From: Eledone cirrhosa
Taxonomy: Eukaryota
Assembly (NCBI GenBank): GCA_964016885.1
Contig: OZ024743.1
Location: 30,504,001-30,568,000, forward strand
Length of the DNA stretch: 64,000 nt
Direction: 5' to 3'
Numbering within the stretch: the first letter of the stretch is position 1; each line of letters begins with the position of its first letter. Position numbers and translations under genes: made by a program. The notes under the pieces are model-generated. The model made no database searches, was not told the origin of the DNA, and worked only from the letters and a program-made list of their open reading frames with translations. Of the stretch, positions 1 to 14,276 are shown piece by piece.

Positions 1-554
1 TAAATAACTAGGAGTTTATTGCTCCACAAAAAATTCTATATGGATGACCGTTGACTCTCTTGAGTTCCTCCGCCCTTTGACATGTTTTGCTTTTCATCAC
101 GCAGGGTGCCCAAAATCACATTCCGCATCAAGAAAGGTTGGTGGAGTCGCAGTTTTAGTCACCGAGGATCCAACCATGTACAGGTTGTACTCGGCTACTA
201 GTTACCAGTAGCGATGAGAAAGCGACCTAACTTACATACATATATGTGAGGGTGTATATAAAATGAAATAAAATTATGTATATGTATATATATTTACTTA
301 CTGTCCCATATCATCAATGAATACTTCTGCAAGAGTGGGTGTGTATAACCAAACCCCATATAATACTTGTTCGCGTCTGGAATAGACAGGGGGAGACAGT
401 AAAACAGTGAGGGAAGGACCCGTCCAACCCATGTAAGCATGGAAAAGCAGACGTAAAAACGATAATTTTTGTATACATATATATATATATATATATAAAG
501 AAATTTTTTCCAATACCATCCCGCCCGTCACCTCAATCTATCTTATTTCTCATG

Positions 555-595
555 CTTTCTTCTGATGAAGGACTAGCGTCGGAATCGTTAAAATA
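555..595 (+). ncRNA. Degenerate hammerhead-like motif (probable Penelope pLTR remnant)
   Basis: CTGATGA(562-568)-A-GGAC-TAGC-GTCG-GAAT-CGTTA: core intact, stem II and GAAA each carry a substitution. Confidence 0.35.
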
Positions 596-665
596 CTTTT
601 CATGTTATATCAAGGGTTAACCTAATATATCCTTTCCATATATTGTGTTGCTATTTCTGTTCAAC

Positions 666-797
<132 letters not shown>

Positions 798-849
798 ATC
801 TGACATATATTAGGGCTAATCTTGTCCAGCAACCCCACCATCCTCTGTC

Positions 850-1670
850 CCTGAATGGATGTCCGGTGCTTAATAGAGTAACCGCACCTATCTTGGAGTA
901 ATGCTCTTGAATTTACTGGGGTATAGCACCTCTCTCTCCACTCTCACCTTCCTTCTGAAGTGATACTTAAAGAAGGGATAAGTTGTTGTCCGGAGAGAAA
1001 GGCGTTTGCCTTCAGTCCTTTTAACCTCGTCCACCATATTACCTCTTTCGTCATAGCCATCAGACAGAGGAAAACCACCTCTCCTTCGTTCTTAAATGAA
1101 AGCGGCGGGTTGATCCTCACGATGGACTCGGCTGACAACTGGATGCGTCCCACACATGCCAGCAGCTGTTCGACATAATTCCACAGGTCGGTCACCCCTG
1201 GGCACTGAATAATTGCGTGCAGAACGGTTTCGATGTCCTGCTCGCAATTTGGACAGGTCCTTTTGGCAGGAACTCTACGCGAGCGTCCGTGCCTGTAGAA
1301 TTTGTCTCGAACTGGTAGAGATCCTCGGTAGCACTGCCAGGCCAGAGACCTCTGGAAGTTATCCATAGGCCCTGGACGGAAATCCTCCCGAACAGACTGG
1401 TCAGTTCGTCCTTCTCGATGCCTAGAGTTTCCCCGAGAACGTCGTTGCACTTATCCTCCCCTAATTTCCTATAGAATGTCGAAGTGGAGTCTCCGCTGAT
1501 TGCTGTTTCCGCTTAGTAGAGGGCTGTGAGCGCCTGTAGGCACTCGAGGTGCCAGGCACCCATATTCCGTCTTCGCTTGACCCAGAACTGCAGCTCTGTT
1601 AGTCAGACGAGTTGTGGAAGAGCTTGACTCACAAACGACAGCCACACCGGTTCACCGGTCAATAATACAT
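850..1670 (-). mobile_element. Tx1/L1-like LINE, ORF2 C-terminal fragment
   Basis: ORF 944..1450 has CPNC...ETVLHAIIQC zinc-binding motif and DNFQRSLAWQCYRG, homologous to the ORF2 C-terminus at 46.0-46.8 kb (DNFQKCLALQCYRG). Confidence 0.85.
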
Positions 1671-1689
1671 GGAATATTGTGTCATTGAA

Positions 1690-2140
1690 GCTCCCCAGTT
1701 GCATCATGGGCCACACTAGCTCTGCAGTGCTATAGTGCTGCATCCTAGCTTCAAAGTGCCCTATTTTTACGACACTATTTCCCACGTGCCATAGGGGGAG
1801 CACCTTAGCTCTTCATTTCCACAATAATTGCCATAGTGTACCACCCTATTTCGACAGTGCAATATTTTTCCATCCTCTCTCCCCATTGCTATAAGGGGCT
1901 AGCTTCATATGTCCATACTATTTCACTGAAGCTTCTATATTGTGACAACCTAGCCCCGCAGTTCCATATGGTGACCCCTAGGTCTGAAGAGCTGTATTTT
2001 GTCACCCTATCTCCCTAATGCCTTCTGTTGAACCCTAGCCTCCCAGTTTGATGGTGTTCCACCCTAGCCCGCAGTGCAATTGTACGGCGCCATAGCTCCT
2101 ATTTGCCGTATTTTAGCAACCTATCTCTCCATTGTCATTA
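1690..2140. repeat. Degenerate ~29-30 bp minisatellite (CCTAGCyc-cAGTGC core)
   Basis: Recurrent CCTAGC/CTATCT anchors at ~30 bp spacing. Confidence 0.6.
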
Positions 2141-2151
2141 ACAGAATATTA

Positions 2152-2312
2152 AGACGATGATGATTATGATGATATTGATGGTGATGATGATGTTGAAGTG
2201 ATGATGGTGATGATTATGATGATGATGTTGCTGTGGATGATGTCGAAGATGATGGTGATGACGATGATGGCGATGATGAGGAACATGCAGATGACGATGA
2301 TAATGATAATTA
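2152..2312. repeat. (GAT)n degenerate microsatellite
   Basis: Direct reading. Confidence 0.9.
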
Positions 2313-2477
2313 TTACCTCGCTAGACATTTATAGTTCGTTCTCCTTTGGAGACACTCTAAGGGCGCATATGTTTTTACACCGTCTTCCTTCCTCCCTTTT
2401 ACACTCTCATACATTCACACACACACGCACACACACACACATGCACACACACACACAGACACACAGTCACAGACACA

Positions 2478-3198
2478 CTCGCACCAACCGGAGGTATATG
2501 GTCTTTAAAGCGATTGAATACCAATGATGGTTGGAAGATCACTGATGAAGGACCACTTTATTCATATGTAACCCATTTGCAACCACGCAGCACGTATGTT
2601 CTCATATTCACACATATATTTTCCCCCGCTGTAACCCGTCTATTTCGTTCTTACTGCTTCCTCTTTCTCTGTATCTTTACCCTCTCTAACAATCACACTC
2701 TCTGTTAGCCTCTTCCTCACCCTTCACTCACTCACTCTCTGCTACTACGTCTCCTACTTCCTCCCGTTTGACCTGTGCGTAATTCTTTTCTCTCGCACGC
2801 TTGACAAGGCTGGTTCCCCTTTTCTCTCTCTCGTCTACCATTTCACAGAACTTATGTTCACCGAATTCACGGACTGGACTCCTTATTCCTCTCGTTTGAC
2901 CTGTGCGGAATTCCTTCCTTGCTCACATTTCGACTAGGTTTGATGGTCTTTATTCTCTCTCATTCACGATTTCACCGAACTTATATTCATGGAAATCTGG
3001 GACTTGACTCTTTCTTCCTCACTTTTCGTTGCTTTACCATCTTTGTTTGTTTACACTCTCGCTCGTTCCCCTTATTTCAGTGTCCCAACGACTTTCTTTA
3101 GCCGTTGCTCGCACCAACCGGAGGTGTATGGTCTCAAAAGCGATGAAATACCAATGATGGTTGGAAGATCACTGATGAAGGACTAACTTTATTCATAT
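2478..3198 (+). mobile_element. 630-bp unit with ~90-bp terminal direct repeat (tandem pLTR/retrozyme-like non-autonomous element)
   Basis: CTCGCACCAACCGGAGGT...CACTGATGAAGGAC..ACTTTATTCATAT at 2478-2568 and 3108-3198; flanked by (CA)n and (TA)n. Confidence 0.6.
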
Positions 3199-3279
3199 AT
3201 ATATATATATATATATAAGACTGCCAATATTGGAATTGAACTATCAAGACAGTTCAAGTATGCCATACATCAATTCATG

Positions 3280-3360
3280 TATTTTATCTGACGAGCACGT
3301 ACTGAAAATACAGCACAGTACCTTCGAAATATAATTAATAAAACATATATTTTGATTATG
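3280..3360 (+). ncRNA. Hammerhead-like motif in pLTR remnant (same family as 39.1 kb)
   Basis: CTGACGA(3288-3294)-GCAC-GTACTG...CAGTAC-CTTC-GAAA(3326-3329)-TATA; homologous to 39088-39160 (-). Confidence 0.55.
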
Positions 3361-3989
3361 TGAATGTCTTCATTTATTAGTATTCTGAATAATTATATAT
3401 ACATATATATATGTATATATAAATTCTCATATTTTAAGTCATTCCTTTCATGAGTGGACTGTCACACGGACGGACACGATTCGACTTTGATTTATATGAT
3501 TTATTATATATTTATATACATGACGGAAGAAAATGCAATTGAGTTACAGCTGGACCACATGTAATAGATTGTATGTTTATTATAGTTTACCTGAGATTAA
3601 AATACAAAGCCCCCACCTCCTCACGCCACATCACAGTACCATCAAAGAGAGAAGGATGAAAGCTCTACATTAGTTTAGAATTGTATTTTGTAATTTTTGT
3701 AATCACCTATCTAGCAAACTCCATGCGAAATCTGATAGCAGAACTTAAAAAGCTGCATGAGGTTTCACATGATATCTCCACCTCTACTAATTCTCCAGTT
3801 CGTTACTTTATAAATCAACCCTGAAATGATAAAGTTTGAAGTTGATTTGTATGAAATATCAGCGCACATACACATGTGTCATTTATACTTTTCCGTGTAA
3901 AATGCTTATGATAAAAGAAATATTTTAGCAATTAATAAGAAACCTGTTTATATGGATATGCACAAATACAGGTTGCGTTTCCCTGCCTT

Positions 3990-4800
3990 TTGCTCACAGG
4001 ATATATACACGTTTCATATTCGGTCTGTCTCTAATTATATTACCACCCTCGCTTATAAAACCATAGGTTACTTGCTTAACGCTTATTACACCTTAATGTC
4101 ATAATATAGCAGAGAATATGTAACGACATGAAGAATATAACTAATTTCCTGACGATTGAAATGGTGCTGTAAGGAATAATGTGGGTGTAAACATGAATTA
4201 CTATTCAAAATAGTATCAGGGAAAACAGTTTACGGAAGGTATTGAGTATTAAAAATATTTGGCAGTGTTACTTATGCGTAGATTCTGAAACTTTTATACA
4301 AGAAGAAGTTAGTAGGAATTCCACGCATGTATATGAAACAGTTTATCGATAAATTCTAAACAATTCAGTATATAAAAAAAGAAATAACTGTTTCATTATA
4401 AAAGTGATCTATCAAGGTATTCTCTCCGTACAGTTTTGCTATCTTATGTCGCGACACTTAACTGTAATATCAAGGCGACTTGTTTTTGATAAATATAAGC
4501 TATGAATGTAAAATTAACAAGTTTACGATAAGACAAAGCTATACATTCCTGGGGATAAACACTTTATATGAAGTTACACGTAAATTTAGGAAGGAATTTA
4601 TCGATTCATTAGAGGAATATACTTATAATGTTATACATTAAATATTTTGATTTGGATCTTAAGTGAATTAGAACGGGTAGATGAGAAAAAAATCAAAACA
4701 ATTTATTCTGCATTTAGAATACTGAGTTAAGAGAATTGACATAATATACTTAAATCATTAGAAAACTAAAAACAAAATCAATAATATGAAATTGTGTCTA
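3990..4800 (+). pseudogene. Decayed intronless Cys-loop receptor (nAChR/chemotactile-receptor-like) relic
   Basis: In order: HIRSVSNY (~HIRPVxN, 4015), KNIWQ (~KIWxP, ~4250), LNILIWILSE (TM1-like, 4638), HNILKSLEN (~DNIPKSSEN, 4740); many stops; by-eye alignment. Confidence 0.45.
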
Positions 4801-5699
4801 CAGAATGTAATGTGATATAGGATTCTTGAGAAGACTAATCAAAGAAATAAACAGAGAAGTATCGTAATACCGGTTGAGATGAGAAGAACTACGATTATAA
4901 CACATGGTAATACATTTCCGTTAACTATAATTAATGAACGCTCAATCATTATATGATTTTCAGCTTGGCCCGAAAAACCACAAACAGTAACATATAACAA
5001 AATATATACTCTTAAATAATCAATTACTTATACTACAGGACACCACTTGCAATTTACAAACTACACAATAAACACAATTACTATTCCTAAATAACAATCA
5101 AAAGTAATGTTGATGTTGCGTACTGTCGGAACACTTGATATCCAAATAAGAAAGCTGCGTAGTTAAATTTTGTTAAAGGATTCAATTCCTATTTTCTTAT
5201 TAAGAATGAATTATTGTTTTTCAATTCCAATTGATAAGGCTCAGAGATATGCGTTTATCTGGTGGATGGGTAGTGGCCGGACTGCATTGCCAAATTTTGA
5301 AATGTGCAGTAGTAGTAGTTGTAGGAGGAGGAGAAAGGGGTGAACTAGGCCGTGTAAATAATGTTTGGATAATAGGATGATATATATGAAAGTGGACATA
5401 ATTTCCTTTGAAGATCACGTCAGGAATGTTGAAGGTAATTAGTATTTTTGCGCGATAACAAATGTGCAAATAAATAGCTACAATTGAAACACGTAAGTAG
5501 TTATCTGTCGATATTATACTTGCAGAATCTTTAAATATCTATTCTTGTTTGCTAATGGGAACACAAAGTAGAATTTTCGAAATAAAGAATATGTATACAA
5601 TAATATAAACATATCTCAGATCGCTTTAATATATGTCTTCAATTAAATCTGATGCAAATGCATAGATTATATTTATCATTACGTTTTTTTAGCACATTC

Positions 5700-6400
5700 T
5701 GCAACAATAATGGATGACGAATATAAATTTATTCTCATTTCGTCTATTTCCATATTATAAATTCCTACAAATACATATTATGTAATTTACGTCCATTGTA
5801 GTTGTGGGTGGCGTATGTAAAATATAAATGGCATTTGACACGTGAATGCAGCTAATTGTAAGCATACGGCCGTGGCAATTTTATTTGACAAGGATTATTC
5901 AAATATCAAGTTTGAAGAGACAATGACGATTGTCGTAGCAAAAGTGGAAATAGGCTGAACTGATTTCAAATACATACAGACTGTTAATTTGTTTTGATTG
6001 GAGACAAGGTAAATTGTGTAAGATTGGTGTATGGCAAGTTTAAACTAGGTTAGAATGTAATCTGGATTTATCTCATTCGAGCACTGCTGCATGAATAAAA
6101 AGATGTATACATTGCCGTTATTTGAAATGGGAAAGATAAGTCGAGAGCGTTAGATAGTCTTAATATATTAATAAATATAGCAGTTTATTAATTGCTTTCT
6201 TGTTGGTGTAATCGCATTGACATAAATATAGATACAGCAGAAAATCATGCTTGTTTGCAAAATGATAATTTGTTCGCATTTCTTATATTATGCAATAACA
6301 ATTCTAAGCCGATGAGAATGCATTATCCTTATAGCTAGAAAATCGTGCCCTGTATTTCTAGAACACCTTCATATTTATTCGTCTATACAAAATTAAAATA
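5700..6400 (+). pseudogene. Possible decayed Cys-loop receptor relic
   Basis: LNILINIAVYxLLS...IDTAEN...LFAFLIL resembles TM1-(D/E)SGEK-TM2; by-eye only. Confidence 0.3.
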
Positions 6401-8789
6401 AATCAAAACCAAATAAAGAAATCACCCGAATTGATAAGAAATTCAAGAAACAGGGGTTGTTTGGTAATCATAGGATTCCAAGAGATTTGTGTTATAGCTT
6501 TGGTGAAGGTACTTATCTCTAGATAGCTGAAATCAGCTCGAAACAAAGGAAAATATTACCTTGAATGGTACGAGGCTGCAGAGAGTAAATTAAATTTCCT
6601 TTGGTTACATTGCTCAATATAAGTAATTGCAACGGTGTGTGAAAACTATTTTGTTATTTGTACAAGTTTTGGCAGTGCTAACATTTTTTGTTACTTCCCT
6701 TAACACAAGGCATAACTATATAAGACTTTGCACAGAAAGTGACGTTTATTAAATACAACCAAACGTAGTGTTCTTGGGAATGTATACTTCAACTTAAAGT
6801 CGATTATCAACTCGAGTATATCAATCCGTTTGTCAGATCATTCCCCTTCGTCTAAATCAAAGGAGTCTTAAAAAACGTATACATCCTATAAAGTATAAAG
6901 ACGTATATGTGTATAAGCTATTTATCTCGTGATGTCATATTGTATTTAGTGCAAAAGATAATCTGTATAACCTATTATTGTAATCATAACACGAAGAAAT
7001 ATATTACAGTTCTGTAATTTTCTAATCATAAATTTCATGAAGTCTAATTGATTATAAGTTTTATTTTGTTATTAAAATCATCATTTTTCTGATTTATTGA
7101 ATAGTTTGTAATGATTATACTTACTGTGAAATTAAACACACTACATGCATACACATACAGATATAACGGCCATCAGTAATTTGAACACACATAAATACAC
7201 ACATTCATGCTCACACACATACTCACACACACACACAAATCTATATACATATATGCAGGTATGTAAGTATATATGTATGCATGTATGTATTTATATATGT
7301 AAGTATGTATATGTACATATAAATATATCCTGTGTCTTTACATGTATACGTCGTGTACAAATATACATGTGTACATTTAATTCCATCAAATGTAGTATGC
7401 TAATTTTTTTACAGCGAGGAACATTAGTGAAATTAAATATTATTACTTAAATCGTGCCTTGAAATTTTATAGATGATGGATAGGTTATGTTTGCGAAGCA
7501 TAAAGCAGAACATATATTGGTAAACATAAAATTGTGGAGTACTTTTAAAATTATGAGTTTGCAGACCACGTTTCAAATCGTAAACTATTCAAGAAGAATC
7601 AAGCATATTAAGACCATTATCTTTAATTATATAATTGTTGATTTACAACAAGCAACATATCACACACTTTGTTTACTAGAAATTATTTAACCCATCATAA
7701 GATTCAATCCTTTACAGTTGTATTATTTCGCATATAGCAGAGTCAAAGTCAATTTGAAAGCAATGTCAACGACGTGCTATTTCAACTGCGGATCGCATTC
7801 CCGTCTTGTATCTAATGACATTGGCATAATCGATTAAGCAACATTGAGATAGTACACAACAAAGAGCTAATATTTCATAATTGCAACCGTTGTAACATCA
7901 CATAAATTGTTTTCTTATACTTGAGATACTTCTGGTATTACTTTAAAACGCAATATTCTATGCTGTAATTGCATTAATTATAATATACGTTTATATACGT
8001 AGCCCATTTCACAGGGAATTGATTAGACTATAATCTAGCAGTTGAGTAATTAAGTAGCATGATCCCCGGTTAAACAGAGATATTGACGCATTTCTAATCA
8101 CATCTTTCATCATTTCTATGTTACTTAGAGATGCAGTAACTCCAGGGAAATCATGATGGATACCTAACTCCGATTAGGCTTTCATACAGATTGCAGATTA
8201 CATAGCCAGATAGAACGTCCGCAGTTATAGCTTTGGAAATTGTCTTATGAAATGAACCAAGATTTTAGTGCGCAGGGCCGCTGCTGTTAAGAGAGAAAGT
8301 AGTCACTTGTTTCTCATACACATACATGTCTTCATAAATATCTTCATTTTACCGAAACTATATATACATTTGAGCGACTTCCGACCGTCACAAATGTGTG
8401 TATGTGAGTGTTTGTCTGAATGTATGTGTGTTTGTGTGAATGTATTTGTGTGTCTGTATATGTCTGTGTGATTTTGTGTGTAGTTGTGTGAATGTATGTC
8501 TCTGTGGGTATTTTTGTAAGTTTGTTTGTGTTTGCGCGTTTATATACACATATGCACATACATGCAATACACATATACACATATACGCTTCAGCGTGTTG
8601 AAAACTAGTCTAGTTATATCAAATATGTTTAGAGTCTTCGGTCACAATATTTCATAATACAAAGGAATAGAATAAGCATAAACTAAACATTATTACGTAT
8701 GTAATAATATGAATATTAATATTAGAATAGTAGGAACTCCGGCATGTATTGATTCCGAAGACGATTACCGTACATCATTTTATCCGACA

Positions 8790-10000
8790 TGCGTACATGT
8801 ATGATATTAAACATTTAGTCGAAATACTTCATCAAGGGTACGATTTTTCAAGCTGTAAATTTTACGTATTGTACAATATATGAAATGCACTATGTAAAAA
8901 TGAACTTCCGAAAGATCTGAATATATTAACAATATATTAATAATTATTTTGTGGAAAATATTTCAATAAACATTGCTATGTTGACGTTCGAAATTGTCTC
9001 TGTACATGATAGAAATTCACAGCCAAATATCCTTCAAACTAAAGAATCTTTTTTGGATTTTCATGGTGACTTTAGATCATCTGGACCAATTTATGCAAAC
9101 GGAACAGTGTGGTCATGATGGAGAAGTCTTTAAGACTTTTTCATCAAGGCTGACGAAGATTACACAAGAAACACAAACGTGCATGCCAAAGTAAATTATT
9201 AATAATGTATATAATTCTAATAATTGTTTCTACTTTTGGCAGAAGACCGGCAATTATCCCAGTGCATTACTGGTACTTTATATTATCAACCCCTAAAGGA
9301 TGAAAGGAAAAGTTAACCTCGGCAGGTTGTGAACTCAGACCGTAAATGGCCGTAACTCCATGCTGTTAAGCATGGCGTCCGACCCACTACCGATACTGCC
9401 AACCCAGTCAATTAATGATGCTTTTCAATTCAACACAAGGACAGTAATTGTTTTTTTTGTTTTTTTTTCGAGAAAGTGTCATTATATCCACCCATCGCGT
9501 CACTGGTTTTATATTTTACTGAGCACGGAAGGAAGAAAGGACAGCTAAAGTCGGCAGAAATTGAGAATGGAATGTAAATAGCAGTAACTGAATTATATAT
9601 GCATGGATATATAAAACCATACTTTATAAATTAACTCAAATAAATCTATTTGCAGTTAATATATACATTAATTTATGATTTTCCTGTTGTATTGTCAGGA
9701 AACAAGCTAACCGTAGATAATTTAATATGAAAAGTTTATTATATTTAACGAACGCTTGCCCATGTCAATTGATTTATTAGCCCCACGTTATCTTATTTAC
9801 ATGTATATCTTGGAATGTATTCATAAACACACAATAATGTCGGTGAGGTTAACCGAGATTCGTTATCCATATTTCAGTTCAGAGAACCTGATCTTCAGTT
9901 CATCACTTCAGTGCGTGAAAAGTATTTTTTCTTCAGATTGGTATTATAATTTTGGATATAAATATTATAAGAAAATGTAGAAACACCCACATTTTGTAAA
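8790..10000 (+). pseudogene. Decayed intronless Cys-loop receptor relic, interrupted by SINEs
   Basis: DIKHLVEILHQGYD (N-helix-like); QPNI + 22 aa + NGTVW (spacing like nAChR PDI..NG); GEVFKTF..LTK..ETQTC (Cys-loop-like); SIDL; VRL..RYPYF..NLIF (pre-TM1/TM1) in ORF 9756..9980. Confidence 0.55.
9217..9405 (-). mobile_element. tRNA-derived SINE (octopus-type), followed by an older partial copy to ~9590
   Basis: Homologous to 13535-13730 and 45423-45620; central TTCCTTTCATCC...GATAA..AAGTACCAG, AT-rich (ATT)-like tail. Confidence 0.85.
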
Positions 10001-10819
10001 ACTGTCATTGTGTAACTGGAGCATATTGTTATATAACACACTAACATTTCATAAACTTCACAGCAGTGTAACTGCTTGTGCACTTTGAGATAAAATAATC
10101 GTTAAGAGGAGGCAGACTTATATTTATCGAAATATAGGATTGTGAGTTAGTGTATGTCTGTCCGCAGGCATGTTTACCACGATCTCCAGACAGCAAGGCT
10201 ATAGAGTTGGTGTCGGACCTGTCAACGGGTCACCCTAATCAAAGAATTGTCAAATTCACCGATTCTTAAGATAAATATAGTATTTGTTACTTAGTTCATT
10301 AATCAAGGTGCATTTAATCGGTACTGTTACTGTAAAATCTAGTGATTTATTTGTTCGAGTTTCTTTTACTGGTAACTAAGATAACACATAAATTAACTTA
10401 AAATACGGTTAGAAGTATATATTTGATTAAATTGAAATATCCATATGTCGTGTCACTACGGGGTTAAATGCGTATATGCAGCGAGATATGTGTGCGAATG
10501 TAGGTGTATATGGCACTTGATATGTTAGTATATATGCTAGTGCTCGTAAAATAGCGTGTTGGGGGGCTAAGCGCTTAAGATATTTTAAACTACAGGCAGA
10601 TTGATACGTTTTTTTTAAATTTTGATATTGTAAATTTCGATGGGCTCTTATAGTACGACAGAGTCAAAAGATATATGTGTATAGGTGCTGTGAGTAACTT
10701 GTGTGTATATAAGTTGCTTATTGAGCTTGTATGTAAATTTGTTTGTGCCTAGCGATAACTGTGTGTGTGTGTGTGAGTGATTGTTTGTGGGTGGTGGTGA
10801 TTATATTTCATTTATTTAT

Positions 10820-11300
10820 ATTGGAATAGGTGGGGTGGTTACCTGCCATTTATTATGCAATGTAATGGGCCTATGTTTGTCTTGGGTACCCATATGTGCT
10901 CTGGTGGGAGGCAACTTGCACTGTACAAAGTTATAGTTAGAATGTCGAAGAAAATAAATTCCGTTTTTGCGGTCTATTCCATTTTCTCGTTTGGACATTG
11001 CATAACAGAAGTATGTTAAAGGTGTTGTACATTGTCGACACAGAATATCCAGTTACACATGGAAGGAAATATTAGCACATTTCGAATTCCTGAAGGAATT
11101 TCAAATCGATGCGGCATTGAATACAGACTAAGAAAACTGGGAGAAAGCATTCAGAGGTAGGTGTATAATACACAGAAGCTGGAATGTCCGACTTATCCAT
11201 ATTGGCCCTCGTTAAAACTGTGTGATTCTGTGCGAGGTTATTATACAGCATGGCAGAAGAAGTTTGCGTTCCTACGCGTCTCAATCAGTTGTAACATTTC
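10820..11300 (+). pseudogene. Possible decayed Cys-loop receptor relic
   Basis: GWLPAIYY (~IWLPDI), IPF, ISSYTW, ENWE in the expected order; weak. Confidence 0.25.
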
Positions 11301-13534
11301 ATAAATAATGTTAGATATCATTTCATGTTAGCGACGTTGTTTCATTCTCAATAATGTAGATTATATTTTATATGTTACAATGGCCTCTGAGGCATTTTAC
11401 ATTAACCCCAAAGCTCTGTTGCATGTATCTTCGCATTAAGTTTATTACACTTTTACAAGCTGAACTTATTCGGCTGTCATGCATATATACTACCACATCT
11501 TGTCTAATCCAAATAAACTGGCTACCATTGATATTTTAGTGCATATACGTTTATAACGATAACAATAATAAGAATGTCTAAATAATCAGATCGCATGTTT
11601 CTCATATAATCTAAAATACAAACAAAGAGAAAAGAAAGATATTCAATCTGATTTCCATAGTCGCCAACACTGTCCATATCACAATGTCAATATTTTGAGA
11701 AAACGTTTGTAATGGGAATATAAATTAACCATGAAAGCATAACCGTTTTTAGTTGTAGTGATTCATCTCTATACGATTTCAATCTAATTATAGCTTTTCG
11801 AAAATCTGGCGCTACACTGAATATCACTGATAGACATTGGGAATATGAAATTCGAAAGGAAAGAAATTACATATGATATGTTTTTCGCTCAGAATCCATA
11901 TACAATTCTAGGACTAATTGCCAAGTTGTTATTGATCTTATCGACTAACTAAAGTCAGACAGAATTACGCATCATCTTAAATTTAAATTACTCAGCCACA
12001 TTTTCGCCGTCGCAAATTTAATAAATAGATGATTTAATGAAAGTAGAATTAGTGTTTCTACATTATTCATTTTAATAAGATAAACATCAGTTCCACAATA
12101 TCACGATACATTTAAATCTTAGTAAATTATTTTCATTAAAATTTATTCAAATTTATTTTCAATATTGATGTTCTTTAAATGTTAGAAGACCCTGTATAAG
12201 TGGTAGTTTAATAACTGTTGGAATTTATGGGACACACAACAGTCTCTTTCTAAGATGCTGCGAGGTTGATACCAGTAGTCAAATAAGAGTGGGTGTGTGG
12301 ATGTAAATTAACAATTTAAAATGTTATCTTTAAAATACTTATTATCAGAATGTTGTGTACTGCATATCCTGTTGTGATAGGTACACCCGAATCCCCATCG
12401 TATTCGAAATCAGTATTTTCTGTAATTTTTTACTTGTAATCTAATTAACAAATATTGTGGAATATCCACTACGGAATGTCTTTCCTCTCTAATTTTCATC
12501 TTTGGAGTGTCTTAATCCAATTTAATATTCTATGTTTCCCTTTTTGCATCGTTTCTGTAATATCTCCTTTATTGAAAATTCTAATTCATCTGTGGTAATT
12601 CCCAGAAATTCAGTCCTTTTCTCATAATGAAATTATCCTTTTCACTATTCCCTATTGCATTTAGCAGCTTCATTGTGTTTGCTACTGAGTATTTTGCCAA
12701 TCCCCACTCTTATGTGTGGTGTGGATAGATTCTATCAATACCATATTTGGAAGGAATTCCTAGTAGTTTCCTTATATTGGTTCAACGGTCTTTACATGGT
12801 TTGAATTCCAGTTTATTATGATAAAGCTGTAGTGTTTAACAAGTTTGGCTAGTGTGTCTATCCTTTCTATTCTAGTCATAGCTCGGAATTCAGTTTATAA
12901 TATTATTCTTATGTTTTTTTGCAAATTCTATTTTACCTGGTTTTAATGTTATTCCTTTCAACCATTCTGAAGCATATCTAACATTAAATCTCCTTGTGTT
13001 AATGTGTATGATTATGATAGTTATACCGCAACTAGGTTTATATAATTCTTCTTATTACTGAAGTTTCTATATTTATCTAATTCCATTTACCGTCTCATCC
13101 ACTGAGCTTTTGCAGAGTGCAATGATTTATTTTGCCTCATATTACTTCAAATTTATTTGAATTACTGTTTGGCCTGGTGTATATTATTGTGCTATAAATC
13201 TTTGACTGTCGTTGTGGAATCGGTTTTGATTGAAATAATTTATACTCCTCAAAGCATTTTATTCTGATGGTTTTGTTGCCATGGTTCTTTCAGATAATTA
13301 TTTTATTCTCTGAGAGTCTGTTTTCATGGTACTATCCTTTGTTTTTAATTGTGTCGCATGTTTCCATTAGACTGCGCCTTTCATAGTTGTCGTAATGGTA
13401 TATATATTCTTTTCTTTCTGTTTTGAACTAGGTTAAGATAAGTCCCGGTTTCTCGGGATACTACTACTACTGCTTCTACCGGTAAATGTAATCAGATCAT
13501 TTAGTCTGTCATTATTCAAGTACATTCAAGTACA

Positions 13535-13730
13535 GGGCTAGGGATTGGTAGCATCGGTAGAAGATCGAACGCCATGCTTTACAGCAGCATAGAGTTACAA
13601 CTCCTTATACTCTGAGTTCAAATCTCGCCGAGGTTCACTTTGCCTTTCATCATCACAGAGTTGATAAAATAAAGTACCAGTAATGAAATGGGATAATTAC
13701 TGGCCTTGTGTCAAAAGTAGAAACAATTAT
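13535..13730 (+). mobile_element. tRNA-derived SINE with target-site duplication
   Basis: A-box-like TGGTAGCATCGG, B-box GAGTTCAAATC, TGCCTTTCATC..GATAAAATAAAGTACCAG core; ATTCAAGTACA on both flanks. Confidence 0.9.
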
Positions 13731-14276
13731 TCAAGTACATGATGTGCACAAATAATACACAACACCGAATCTGTTTACGGCCCTATTACGCTTATTGGTT
13801 ATTTTATAGCTGGTTAGGACAGGTGTTTTAATTAGAAATTCTTTACAGCCATATTCTTTATTTAATCTGTTCATCTTCACTATGATTGTGTTACCAAGCT
13901 CCCCCTCATCTTACTGCTCCTCATCATGGTTCTCTTTCTCCACCTCCTCATTATAATTGAGGAGTGGTGAGCAAGTCCCTGGAAGAACGTGGTCATGCCG
14001 ATTGACACGCTTCGATGCTTGTTTCGTTCTCACCGTATCCGAGAGTGGGAGACTTGTTGGAATACAATCAAGAAGCAATCTATCACTCTATCACTAGGTC
14101 TTCCTATTAAGGCAATATCTACAGCACGTGCTTATATTTTCTGAGTGAATTCCATGTATGGCATTATTTATTTGATAAATAAAAACAACAATAAAACAAA
14201 TTAGTAATATGACAACTGCAACTCAAGAAGGAGATGTCCGCAAAAGTCTGAGGCACCTTGTATATATGTATATATA

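Noticed and set aside
7480-8270. Further possible receptor relic (SNSREIM, FIISML)
   Set aside because: Too few motifs to separate from chance
10120-10475. Possible non-autonomous Helitron
   Set aside because: Ends too degraded; no clear hairpin-CTRR
12200-13420. T-rich stretch resembling an old LINE on minus
   Set aside because: No motif readable with confidence
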